From the NCBI GenBank assembly GCA_051652765.1, contig JBOFUV010000131.1:1-64000 (forward strand): DNA of 64,000 bases, read 5' to 3'. This document shows positions 38,840 through 48,782 of the stretch, in pieces. Every line of letters starts with the position of its first letter. The first letter of the stretch is position 1. The position numbers and the translations under genes were made by a program. A model generated the notes under the pieces. It was not told where the DNA came from. It saw nothing but the letters and a program-made list of their open reading frames with translations, and ran no database searches. The stretch comes from Microcoleaceae cyanobacterium. Lineage in GTDB: Bacteria > Cyanobacteriota > Cyanobacteriia > Cyanobacteriales > Microcoleaceae.

Positions 38840-39799
38840 CTACTGATATTTCGCCTGAACCCGGCTTACAATCTGCTGCGCTAGGATATTCACAATAAGC
38901 GTTAGGATAAACAAAACAAACGCAGCATACATCAGGGACGAGATCTGAAGTCCAGACGCTTCTGGGAACTGGTTAGCCAGAAGTGAGGCAATGGTGTTGC
39001 CGGGAGCAAATAGAGAGATATTAAATCGGTTTGAGTTACCAATGATCATGGTAGCGGCCATGGTTTCTCCCATTGCTCGACCCAGTGCCAACATGATTCC
39101 CCCAACAATCCCAGAGAACGCTGCCGGAACCAACACGCGAAAAATCGTCACCCAGCGGGTCGAACCCAAGCCCAAAGAAGCCTGTCTCAAGTCTGGAGGA
39201 AGGCTAGCCAAAGAATCTCGGGCGATCGCCGTAATAATCGGCAAAATCATAATTGCCAAAACCACTCCCGCTGGAAAGGTTCCTGGCCCCGCTGGAGGAG
39301 TGCTAAAAAACGGAATCCAGCCAAAATTATTAAAAATAAACAGCTGAACGGGTCTCAGAAAAGGAACCAACACAAAAATTCCCCACAGACCATAAACGAC
39401 ACTTGGAATCGCCGCCAGCAACTGCACCATGAACGTTAGAACAGTCCGAATCTGGGGCAGAATGAAGTCTTCACTCAAAAAAATTGCAGTCCCTACCCCT
39501 AATGGAACAGCAAACAACAACGCGATTAGGGACGTAACAATCGTTCCATAGATCATTGGGAAAGCCCCGTAATTAACATTGACGGGATCCCAAGCACTGT
39601 TGAAGACAAACCCTAAGCCGAACTGTTTCATCGCCGGGAAGGCTTTCTCAATAATCGGCAGTGCGATCAAGACCAAAAGTACTACAACTCCCCAAGCGAA
39701 GATTTTAGTCAACCAAGAAAAACCGAAATCCAGGTTTTTCTCCATCGGTGTGCGGGACTGGGGAATCCCTCCTTGAAAATCGTTAGCAGGTGTAGCCAT
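38840..39799 (-). CDS. pstC: Phosphate ABC transporter permease PstC
   Basis: AAIPSVVYGLWG, LGRAMGETMA, TIASLLANQFPEA. Confidence 0.95.
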   Translation of the reverse strand: MATPANDFQGGIPQSRTPMEKNLDFGFSWLTKIFAWGVVVLLVLIALPIIEKAFPAMKQFGLGFVFNSAWDPVNVNYGAFPMIYGTIVTSLIALLFAVPLGVGTAIFLSEDFILPQIRTVLTFMVQLLAAIPSVVYGLWGIFVLVPFLRPVQLFIFNNFGWIPFFSTPPAGPGTFPAGVVLAIMILPIITAIARDSLASLPPDLRQASLGLGSTRWVTIFRVLVPAAFSGIVGGIMLALGRAMGETMAATMIIGNSNRFNISLFAPGNTIASLLANQFPEASGLQISSLMYAAFVLFILTLIVNILAQQIVSRVQAKYQ

Positions 39800-39846
39800 A
39801 GGGAATCAAGAACTAATTCTTTGCTCAACAGTAATAAACTCAATCT

Positions 39847-39897
39847 AAAAAGCAGTCAGACAAACTTACCCATATGGAAAAGTTCAATCTGACTGCT
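39847..39897 (-). terminator. Stem-loop downstream of pstS
   Basis: AGCAGTCAGA (39851-39860) pairs with TCTGACTGCT (39888-39897); T-run follows on the minus strand. Confidence 0.55.
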
Positions 39898-39908
39898 GCA
39901 CCCTCAAA

Positions 39909-41081
39909 CTATTTAACCTTGATTTGATAGTCAGGACTGATTGCATCTGCAGCAGCCGCGACTTTTTCAACAACATTCTCAGGCAGAGGAATATAGCCCA
40001 GCTCGGCACTCACCTTCTGACCTTGGGTCAAACCATACTCAATCGTTGCTTCCAGAGCCTTGGCAATTGCCGGATCACTGTACTTGGTATTGGCGAGCAT
40101 CCAAGAGTAGGTAACGATAGGATAAGATGCCTCACCTTCTGGGTCATCAATAAATGCCCGTAGGTTCTCTGGCAACTCAACCGCCGCCAAAGCCGCAGAA
40201 GTGTTTTCAGGGGAAGGCATAACAAACTTTCCTGCCTTATTCTGAAGAGAGGCCATCGCCAGTCCCGCATTCTTGGCAAATCCTTCTTCGATGTAGCCGA
40301 TTGAACCAGGAGTCTGACCGATCTGAGCCGCAACTCCATCATTCTTAGGAGCACCAATTCCAACAGGCCACTGAACCGTCTTGCCATCACCTACAGAACT
40401 CTTCCAATCTTCGCTAATCGCACTCAAGTGCTTAGTAAAGACACCTGTAGTTCCGCTTCCGTCAGAGCGGAAGATTGGAGTAATTGGTAAATCAGGCAGG
40501 GTCACTCCCGCGTTGTCGGCAGCAATTTTTGGATCATTCCAGTTGGTAATCTTGCCCAGAAAAATCTCGGAGTAAACTTCTCTAGAAAGCTTCAATTCTG
40601 GAACATCGGGAACATTATAGGACAGAACAATGGCCCCTGCAGTCATGGGCAACAAAATCACCCCGTTGGTGACCCTTGCGATTTCCTCATCTGTCATCGC
40701 AACATCGCTTGCACCAAAATTGACCAGCGACTGAGTGAATCGCTCAATTCCAGCGCCACTTCCGACGGACTGATAGTCAACTTGAAGGTTGGGGACAGCA
40801 CCACTGAAATCCTGGAACCAGCGCTGATACAAGGGAGCTGGGAAGGATGCACCCGCACCAATCAAGTTGGTTCTACTGTTTAGCACAAGCTGAGTTGCAA
40901 CACCACCCGTTGGTTCTGTACCACTGGGCGCAGTAGTCGTTGTGCTTCCAGCCGCAGGGGTTTCAGTGGTTGTTGTGGTTGTTGTTGTAGTTGTTCCACC
41001 GCAAGCAACTAAACCTAGAACTAGGGCAACAATAGAAGCTTTAGTAACACAAGAATTTAGACGAAAAACCATAGCTATCAA
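39909..41081 (-). CDS. pstS: Phosphate ABC transporter substrate-binding lipoprotein
   Basis: Lipobox LVAC, GAGASFPAPLYQRW, YQSVGSGAG, FGASD, RSDGSGTT, YPIVTYSW. Alternative start at 41072. Confidence 0.95.
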   Translation of the reverse strand: MIAMVFRLNSCVTKASIVALVLGLVACGGTTTTTTTTTTETPAAGSTTTTAPSGTEPTGGVATQLVLNSRTNLIGAGASFPAPLYQRWFQDFSGAVPNLQVDYQSVGSGAGIERFTQSLVNFGASDVAMTDEEIARVTNGVILLPMTAGAIVLSYNVPDVPELKLSREVYSEIFLGKITNWNDPKIAADNAGVTLPDLPITPIFRSDGSGTTGVFTKHLSAISEDWKSSVGDGKTVQWPVGIGAPKNDGVAAQIGQTPGSIGYIEEGFAKNAGLAMASLQNKAGKFVMPSPENTSAALAAVELPENLRAFIDDPEGEASYPIVTYSWMLANTKYSDPAIAKALEATIEYGLTQGQKVSAELGYIPLPENVVEKVAAAADAISPDYQIKVK

Positions 41082-41113
41082 GAATTCCGCTTTTTGACGT
41101 TGAATTACCCTAG

Positions 41114-41157
41114 AGCATAGCGTCTAGTCAACAAATCAAGGTAAAGAAAAGGTTAAG
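41114..41157 (-). promoter_or_regulatory. Pho box and -10 of the pstSCAB operon
   Basis: Minus strand CTTAACCT (41157-41150), 3 nt, CTTTACCT (41146-41139); TATGCT -10 at 41119-41114. Confidence 0.75.
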
Positions 41158-41333
41158 GATTTTTGCCAAGTTACATCTCTAAATTCTCTTAAATCAGTCT
41201 TAATCCTTTGAGGTTTTGTAACGACACGCAACTCTAGATGAACCCCATGACTACCCTATTCCCAAAGTCTACGGAGAAACCAGACCGTGGTAAAATTACA
41301 AGACTCAAATTGATAGCAATTGCAAACTGAAAC

Positions 41334-42464
41334 GTGGTGCAAGTCTCTCCTTCAACTCCTCCTCAAGTTGGTGATGGTCAAGGTACAACTCGTAGCCCAA
41401 CGATTGATCTGAACCATCCCAGCGATTTACAGACCTGGCTAGATCAACGGATTGATCAGATTATTGCTGGATATCGCCTTGACCGAACCGAGGCAATGCG
41501 GTTGACTCAGATTGAAGGTCAAGAAAGTATTCTAATGCTCTGTCAAGGGGCCAATCGAGTCCGTCAAGCCTGTTGTGGCAATACAGTTGACCTCTGTAGT
41601 ATTGTCAATATCAAATCCGGCAACTGTTCTGAAAATTGCAGTTTCTGTTCCCAGTCCGCCTATTATCCCGGAACAGATTCTCCAGTTTATGGCCTCAAGT
41701 CTCCTGAAGAAATTTTGGCTCAAGCTAAGGCTGCCGAATCTGCTGGGGCAAAGCGATTTTGCCTAGTTTCTCAGGGACGGGGTCTGAAGTACAATAGCCC
41801 CAAATCGACTGAGTTCGAGCAAATTCTAGAAACGGTTCGTCAGATTCAAGTTGAGACTCGTATTAAGCCCTGTTGTGCCCTGGGAGAACTAACCCTGGAG
41901 CAAGCCCAAGCCCTTGCTGAAGCTGGAGTGACTCGCTACAACCACAACCTTGAATCCTCGGAAAATTTCTATCCCAACATTGTCACAACTCATACTTGGC
42001 AAGATCGGGTGGACACAGTCAAAAACCTTAAGGCGGCAGGAATTCAAGCCTGCACTGGAGGGATTATTGGCATGGGAGAAACCTGGGAAGACCGGGTCGA
42101 TCTGGCTTTGTCACTGCGGGAATTAGAAGTTGAATCCGTACCGATTAACTTGCTCAACTCCCGTCAAGGAACTCCCTTGGAAGGCCAACTTAAACTTGAT
42201 CCGTATGAGGCTTTGAAGGCGATCGCAATCTTCCGGCTGATTTTACCCCAGCAAATCCTACGATATGCCGGGGGACGAGAGGCCGTCATGGGAGAACTGC
42301 AAGCGTTAGGGTTGCAATCCGGCATCAATGCCATGTTAATTGGCCACTATCTTACGACCTTGGGTCAGCCCCCTGAACGCGATCAAGAAATGCTGGCTGC
42401 CTTGGGGCTTGAGGGAGGAGAAGCTCCAGTTCTAGGCCAAGCTCTGGCTGATCAGGACGCATAA
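41334..42464 (+). CDS. bioB: Biotin synthase
   Basis: CSENCSFCSQS radical SAM motif, YNHNLE, CTGGIIGMGE, VPINLL, GHYLTT. Confidence 0.95.
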   Translation: MVQVSPSTPPQVGDGQGTTRSPTIDLNHPSDLQTWLDQRIDQIIAGYRLDRTEAMRLTQIEGQESILMLCQGANRVRQACCGNTVDLCSIVNIKSGNCSENCSFCSQSAYYPGTDSPVYGLKSPEEILAQAKAAESAGAKRFCLVSQGRGLKYNSPKSTEFEQILETVRQIQVETRIKPCCALGELTLEQAQALAEAGVTRYNHNLESSENFYPNIVTTHTWQDRVDTVKNLKAAGIQACTGGIIGMGETWEDRVDLALSLRELEVESVPINLLNSRQGTPLEGQLKLDPYEALKAIAIFRLILPQQILRYAGGREAVMGELQALGLQSGINAMLIGHYLTTLGQPPERDQEMLAALGLEGGEAPVLGQALADQDA

Positions 42465-42647
42465 CCCAGTCACGACGAGGGGTTTGTCTAATTTTGACGT
42501 GGGTTGTGAAGGTTAGGGCTGTGAACATTTGTAGTCATGCAGGGATCAGCCTGATCGGGGTAGATGCTCCCTCCACATTCGCCCTTAAATCAGATCGCGT
42601 ATAAATCAAACTATGAGCAGATAATAAAAGTGAACGACGAATAGTCA

Positions 42648-43250
42648 ATGCTCACGAATCATCGATTAATGACACCTCCTCTCGAACTTTTGTGGGCTAT
42701 CATTGGCGTTTTGCTCACAATCGGTGGCACCTTTTTGCCTGCTTTTGTTGCCGATCCAGCTTGGTTATGGGAACAAAAAGAAGTTCAGGTCTACTCCCTG
42801 GGTGTCACCTTTCAGATTGGGGCAGTGTTATTCATTGGATGCATGGGTGGACGGAATGCGGCTGCGATCTCCCAAATTGCCTATCTGGCCCTAGGGCTAA
42901 CAATCCTGCCTGTATTTTCAGAAGGTGGGGGTTTGGCCTACTTGAACCAACCGACCTTTGGCTACCTCCTGGGATTTATTCCGGGGGGGTGGGTTTGCGG
43001 ATCTTTGGCTTTCAGGTCTCCTCCTAAGCTGGAGTTCCTTTCTCTCAGTTGCTGTTGCGGACTACTCACAATTCATGGTGTTGGCATCGTCTATTTTATA
43101 TTGGGTAACATGAATGCCATGCTGAGCCCAACTGTTCCGCTGACTGAAGCGCTCTACAGATATTCGCTGTATCCCTTCCCTGGGCAGTTTGGGGTTGCTT
43201 GTGCTGTGACTGTTTTATCCTATGTGCTGCGAGGTTTGATGTTCTACTAG
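42648..43250 (+). CDS. bioY: Biotin transporter BioY
   Basis: TFQIGAV, LPVFSEGGG, PTFGYLLGF; directly downstream of bioB. Confidence 0.9.
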   Translation: MLTNHRLMTPPLELLWAIIGVLLTIGGTFLPAFVADPAWLWEQKEVQVYSLGVTFQIGAVLFIGCMGGRNAAAISQIAYLALGLTILPVFSEGGGLAYLNQPTFGYLLGFIPGGWVCGSLAFRSPPKLEFLSLSCCCGLLTIHGVGIVYFILGNMNAMLSPTVPLTEALYRYSLYPFPGQFGVACAVTVLSYVLRGLMFY

Positions 43251-43264
43251 CCAAGATTAAGCCT

Positions 43265-43753
43265 TTGAAAAAAAATTCTCTCTTTTGGACTGCTGCTGTC
43301 ACGAGCTTAATCGTTGATCATCTCACAAAATTTTGGGTGGTACAAACGTTTGAGTTAACTGCTCCACCTGAGACTGTTCCGATCTGGCCAGGAGTTTTTC
43401 ATTTCACCTATGTTGTCAATACGGGGGCTGCTTTTAGTCTGTTTCATGGCGGAGTATTTTGGCTGCGCTGGCTTTCCCTAGGAGTGAGTTTATTCTTGCT
43501 GGCGATCGCTCTATTTGGCCCCCGATTGAACCGCTTAGAACAGTTAGGATATGGCCTAATTTTAGGGGGTGCTCTGGGAAATGGAATTGATCGCTTTGTT
43601 TCTGGTCATGTTGTTGATTTTTTGGACTTTCGCTTGATCCAGTTTCCCGTGTTTAATCTGGCCGATGTCTCAATCAATATTGGGATTTTTTGCTTGTTGA
43701 TAGTCACATTTAGACAAGACTTCATCCGTCACCCCCCCGAAGAACGGCGCTAA
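43265..43753 (+). CDS. lspA: Signal peptidase II
   Basis: DHLTK, NTGAAFS, GALGNGIDR, VVDF, FNLAD. TTG start at 43265 inferred. Confidence 0.93.
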   Translation: MKKNSLFWTAAVTSLIVDHLTKFWVVQTFELTAPPETVPIWPGVFHFTYVVNTGAAFSLFHGGVFWLRWLSLGVSLFLLAIALFGPRLNRLEQLGYGLILGGALGNGIDRFVSGHVVDFLDFRLIQFPVFNLADVSINIGIFCLLIVTFRQDFIRHPPEERR

Positions 43754-43848
43754 CCGCTTGAAGTTTAGAGCAATCAAGAGAGGTTGTTCCTACAGACTGG
43801 CTGCGCTAACGTAGAAGTTATCAGTAATCGTAGTTATCAGCAAAAACG

Positions 43849-44175
43849 ATGGACAAATTTGCTTCTCCTGCCCTGATCAATCACCGCCTGAACAGCCCAA
43901 CAACAACTGTTCTAGGGGAGTTCAGTGAGTTAGAACTGGCTCAAGCTCTAGCGGAAAAACTAGCAATTTCTGAGCGAGACTGGCATCGACTCAAATCCAA
44001 CCCTCAGGCAAGAGCAAATGAACTCGCTGCTGCGGCTCTAATTTTTCTGCTCAAAAAGCAACCTGGGGAAGCTCTACCTCGTTTGGAGCAAGCAGTAGGT
44101 TGGCTGAATCACTCTGTCAAAGCTCCTCCTTGCCCAACCCATGGTGTTAAGACTGTTTCTAACGAGAGCGACTAA
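43849..44175 (+). CDS. Conserved cyanobacterial protein (DUF6439-like)
   Basis: ELAQALAEKLAI..DWHRLK...GWL...PPCPTHG; convergent with pmgA. Confidence 0.7.
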   Translation: MDKFASPALINHRLNSPTTTVLGEFSELELAQALAEKLAISERDWHRLKSNPQARANELAAAALIFLLKKQPGEALPRLEQAVGWLNHSVKAPPCPTHGVKTVSNESD

Positions 44176-44620
44176 AGCTCTCAAGGTCTTTACGCAGAGT
44201 CAGCTCTGTTCCTCGATAGTTCCATTCAACTCGGTCAAAGACTTGATGTAGGATGTAGAGACCTCGTCCACATTCATGATCAACATGGGGCAGATCACTA
44301 TCCCAAATAGGAAGAGATTCTGAGCGACTTAGGCAACAACATTGGGGAGGTTGGAACCCGCTTCCCTGATCAGAAATAATCCACCAGAGTTGATTCTTTA
44401 AAACCGAAAATCGAACGACAATCGTTTTATTGGGATCTAGCTCGTTACCATGCTTTGCTGCATTGACCAACGCCTCCTGCAGTCCAAGCCGTAACTCAGC
44501 CTGCCATTGACTCGGGACTTCAGCTAGAAGGAGATCGAGGACAGGACAAAGGTAAAGCGTGGAAGCAAAGCTTACAGTCACCCAGTTTCGTTTGGCCGGA
44601 CGCGATGAGACTGCAATCAC
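44159..44620 (-). CDS. pmgA: Anti-sigma regulatory factor (HATPase_c_2), PmgA
   Basis: SFASTLYLCPVLDLLL, RLGLQEALVNAAKHGN, ISDQGSGF, CGRGLYIL. Confidence 0.85.
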   Translation of the reverse strand: MIAVSSRPAKRNWVTVSFASTLYLCPVLDLLLAEVPSQWQAELRLGLQEALVNAAKHGNELDPNKTIVVRFSVLKNQLWWIISDQGSGFQPPQCCCLSRSESLPIWDSDLPHVDHECGRGLYILHQVFDRVEWNYRGTELTLRKDLESFSRSR

Positions 44621-44957
44621 TCAGAAAACTCCCTAGCTAACTGATGGACATTGTTCACGTTCTGACGCATAGACTGAACATTCTCCCATAGCTTTGACTC
44701 AGTGGATTTGACTCAGCGAGAACGTCAAACTCGAGTATTCGTTCTTACTTTTAAGGTTACCAAAACCCTCGCTAAAATACATCCTCTGGAACATGCCGTT
44801 TTAGAAATTCTCCTTGAATTTTTGCTCCGCAGGGTGGGAAGAAAGCCCCTAGGATCGGTACAAGGAGCAATTGAAGCGCCAGCCAGACTGAACTTTGATT
44901 CAAAAAATCTGTTACGATGACTCACAGGCTTTACAAGAACTTTACAAAATTCACAAA

Positions 44958-45893
44958 ATGTCCTTAGCTGTAGTAACTGATGCCAGTTCGGATCTAGGTG
45001 AATACTGGCAGTGGCGGGATCAGTTAATTTATTATGTTCATCGCGATGTCCATCTGGGTGCATCCTCATCTCAGCGCGCGGCTCTGCTGATGGTTCATGG
45101 GTTTGGGGCTTCAACAGATCACTGGCGCAAAAATATTCTGGGTTTGCAGGCAGATTTTGAGGTCTGGGCGATTGACTTGGTGGGGTTTGGACGGTCAGCC
45201 AAACCCAGTTGGGACTACAGCGGTGAACTTTGGCGAGATCAACTGCATGACTTTATCACTCAGGTGATTCAGCGCCCTACGGTTCTGATTGGAAATTCCC
45301 TAGGGGGCTACAGTGCCCTGAGTACAGCAGCTTCTGATCCAGAATTAACAGCGGGTTTAATTTTGCTGAATAGTGCTGGGCCTTTCACTGAACCTCAACC
45401 CCAGGCAGAACTATCTCCTGGGCAGAAAACCAGGTTGCAACTCCGGCGATCGCTGTTTCGGCAGAGTTGGGTCAGTTTTTTGATTTTTCAATGGACACGG
45501 CGACGCTCCCTGATTCGTCGCGTTCTCAAGCAAGTTTATCTCGATCAAAGTGCTGTCACTGAGCAGCTTGTAGAAGAAATCTATCGTCCATCTTGTGCTC
45601 CTGGGGCGGCTCAAGTTTTTGCCTCAGTGTTCAAATCGCCTTCGGGTGACCCAGTAGATGTTTTGTTGAACCGGCTTCAATGCCCTCTATTGCTCCTCTG
45701 GGGAGAGGGTGACCCGTGGATGGATTGTCGCAGTCGTAGCGTTAAATTTCACCAGCATTATCCCCAACTGACGGAATATTTTCTGCAAGCGGGCCATTGT
45801 CCCCATGATGAAATTCCTAATCAAGTCAACGATTTGATTCGGTCTTGGGTATTGTCTTTGGATCAATTTGCTGAAGCCGAGGTTAGTCTGTGA
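44958..45893 (+). CDS. Alpha/beta fold hydrolase
   Basis: VHGFGAS, DLVGFGRS, GNSLGG nucleophile elbow, WGEGDPW, AGHCPHDE. Confidence 0.9.
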   Translation: MSLAVVTDASSDLGEYWQWRDQLIYYVHRDVHLGASSSQRAALLMVHGFGASTDHWRKNILGLQADFEVWAIDLVGFGRSAKPSWDYSGELWRDQLHDFITQVIQRPTVLIGNSLGGYSALSTAASDPELTAGLILLNSAGPFTEPQPQAELSPGQKTRLQLRRSLFRQSWVSFLIFQWTRRRSLIRRVLKQVYLDQSAVTEQLVEEIYRPSCAPGAAQVFASVFKSPSGDPVDVLLNRLQCPLLLLWGEGDPWMDCRSRSVKFHQHYPQLTEYFLQAGHCPHDEIPNQVNDLIRSWVLSLDQFAEAEVSL

Positions 45894-45917
45894 TCAAGGG
45901 AACTCGACGCGGAAGTT

Positions 45918-46274
45918 TTACCAGGAAAATTTGGGATGAATTCTAGGATTGAGCTTCTCCTGAACAAGTTTGCCTTCTTTCAAATGCTGCTGAACAATTG
46001 TAGGAACATCAGAGGGCTGAACCCATGCATACCAAGTCTCATCCGGCAGTATACGAACACTAGGGCCAATGTTGCATTGCCCCATACACCCACTACATTC
46101 AACCTCAAAACCTGGATTGATTAGGGCCTGGAAGGCTTTCAGGGTTTCTGCAGCACCGTTCCTCAGACAGGATTGATGTTGACAAACTAAAACCCGGTAA
46201 ACGGTTTCAGATGAAGCAATTTGGCTACTAGCAAGACTGTCAGAAAATGTATTTTCAGAAAGGGTTTCAGGCAT
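45918..46274 (-). CDS. Thioredoxin-like (2Fe-2S) ferredoxin domain protein
   Basis: VCQHQSC...GCMGQCNIGP...WY....HL..G. Confidence 0.85.
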   Translation of the reverse strand: MPETLSENTFSDSLASSQIASSETVYRVLVCQHQSCLRNGAAETLKAFQALINPGFEVECSGCMGQCNIGPSVRILPDETWYAWVQPSDVPTIVQQHLKEGKLVQEKLNPRIHPKFSW

Positions 46275-46422
46275 CAGGATTGAGTCAGATCGATGGTTTC
46301 TACTCTTTCCATTATGGGCGATGAAAGTTTTGGATCGTTATCTCGAACTCCGCATAATTTAATCGGTTCAAAGCTTTGATCCTCAAAGCTCTGAACTCTT
46401 TTGCATAAGCATCAATTTAAGC

Positions 46423-47316
46423 TTACTGAACAGGTTTGATTTCTAGAAGCCCATCGGCGGTAAATTTTACTTCAAACTGAGTTGTTTCTTTTCCAGATGC
46501 AGTAGTAGTGCCCATTTTTACTAACCCTGGAAGGGGAGTATTATCCAAGTTTTGTTTAGCAACTTCAGACTGAGGCTCAACCTGAGCGATCGCCCCCTCA
46601 GGGGTTACCTGCAAGAGATAAGCAGAGTCTTCTGTCACTGGCGTATTCTTCTTTGTCCACTCCTGATCAAGCTTGTCATAAACGGTTTGGCTCAGTTGAG
46701 TGACATCAACTGCTGCGGTTGAGGTCTGAGGTTTTGTGGCAGTGTCTGGCATTGGAGTTGAGGTTGATGCTGAAGTGCTGTCAGTAGAAACTTTTGGGGT
46801 TTCTGTACTAGAGGATGATGTTGCCACAGGGGCTGAGGTCTCTGCAGAAATCGGAGTTGCATCAGGGGAAACCGTCGGAGCAGGAGAAGTGGTTGTTTCT
46901 AGTTTGGCCGCTGTCGTTGCTGGGGAGGGGGAGGTCGTTGTGGTTTTGGCTTCCGAGTCCAGAATTGTGGATTCGGTCGTTGCCGAGGTTGAAGGCGTGA
47001 GTTCGGTTGTGGTAGGTGTTGCCGTTATTTCCGGGGTTGCTGCTGCGATTGGCTTAGGAGTTTCAACTGGAACTAGGGTGGTAGATGCTGGTGTCTCTTG
47101 CAGGTCAGGGGATGACGTTACTACGGTTTCCGTTACCGTGGTGGATTCGTTAGCAGTCACAGGGGGCAAGGGATTCAGAGCAATAGAGCCCCATAATGTT
47201 CCCAAGATAGATGCAGCCAGAGCAACAATTGACGTTGCTTTTAGGGTTGAGGGCATTTCTGAACTTGTGGCTGAATCAACTGAATGATCCTGACTCTTAG
47301 AGTAGTTAGGGTGCAT
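46423..47316 (-). CDS. Membrane-anchored Thr/Ser/Pro-rich protein with small C-terminal domain (similar to the C-terminus of DUF4335-type proteins)
   Basis: One hydrophobic segment, long TSPA-rich linker, then VYDKLDQEW...TPLP.L...FEVKFTADGLLEIKP. Confidence 0.6.
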   Translation of the reverse strand: MHPNYSKSQDHSVDSATSSEMPSTLKATSIVALAASILGTLWGSIALNPLPPVTANESTTVTETVVTSSPDLQETPASTTLVPVETPKPIAAATPEITATPTTTELTPSTSATTESTILDSEAKTTTTSPSPATTAAKLETTTSPAPTVSPDATPISAETSAPVATSSSSTETPKVSTDSTSASTSTPMPDTATKPQTSTAAVDVTQLSQTVYDKLDQEWTKKNTPVTEDSAYLLQVTPEGAIAQVEPQSEVAKQNLDNTPLPGLVKMGTTTASGKETTQFEVKFTADGLLEIKPVQ

Positions 47317-47676
47317 GTTCAATACCTCGTAGATCAAAACATTTGGAGTTGAAAAATATTGTTACACAATTCCAAATTTTCCTGCGTTTTTCAAGGACAA
47401 AAGACCACCTAATTCAGCGTTCAAAGGAATGACTTAGATGGGATATTCTGAGCGAACTCTCTTTTCAAATTCAGATCAAATTCAGAATATCCTAATACAC
47501 TAAAACCCTTAAATTTATGTATTCATAACTACACTTAAGATCGCCAATTTAAGAAAGATGATGTTGCCCTTGTGACACTAGTGATTTGTCTGGACAAACT
47601 TCACAGGTTGGGGTGACAGTTTTCTTCTTCTGCCTAGCAGTACAAAATGAAATCTAATCAGCCTCAACCCTAAACT

Positions 47677-48642
<966 letters not shown>

Positions 48643-48782
48643 CTAAAACTCAATTAAAACGTTCTCCTATTGTAGGAATCTTACACGAATCTAGCTATTC
48701 TAACGTTTAACTATTCTTACAATGTTTTTACAATGTAAACTTTTGCTGTTTCAGGAGTCGCCCAATCTATCTAAATCGTCTC

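Noticed and set aside
46736..47287. 183-aa Val/Gly/Ala-rich plus-strand ORF
   Set aside because: Antisense shadow of the Thr/Ser/Pro-rich gene.
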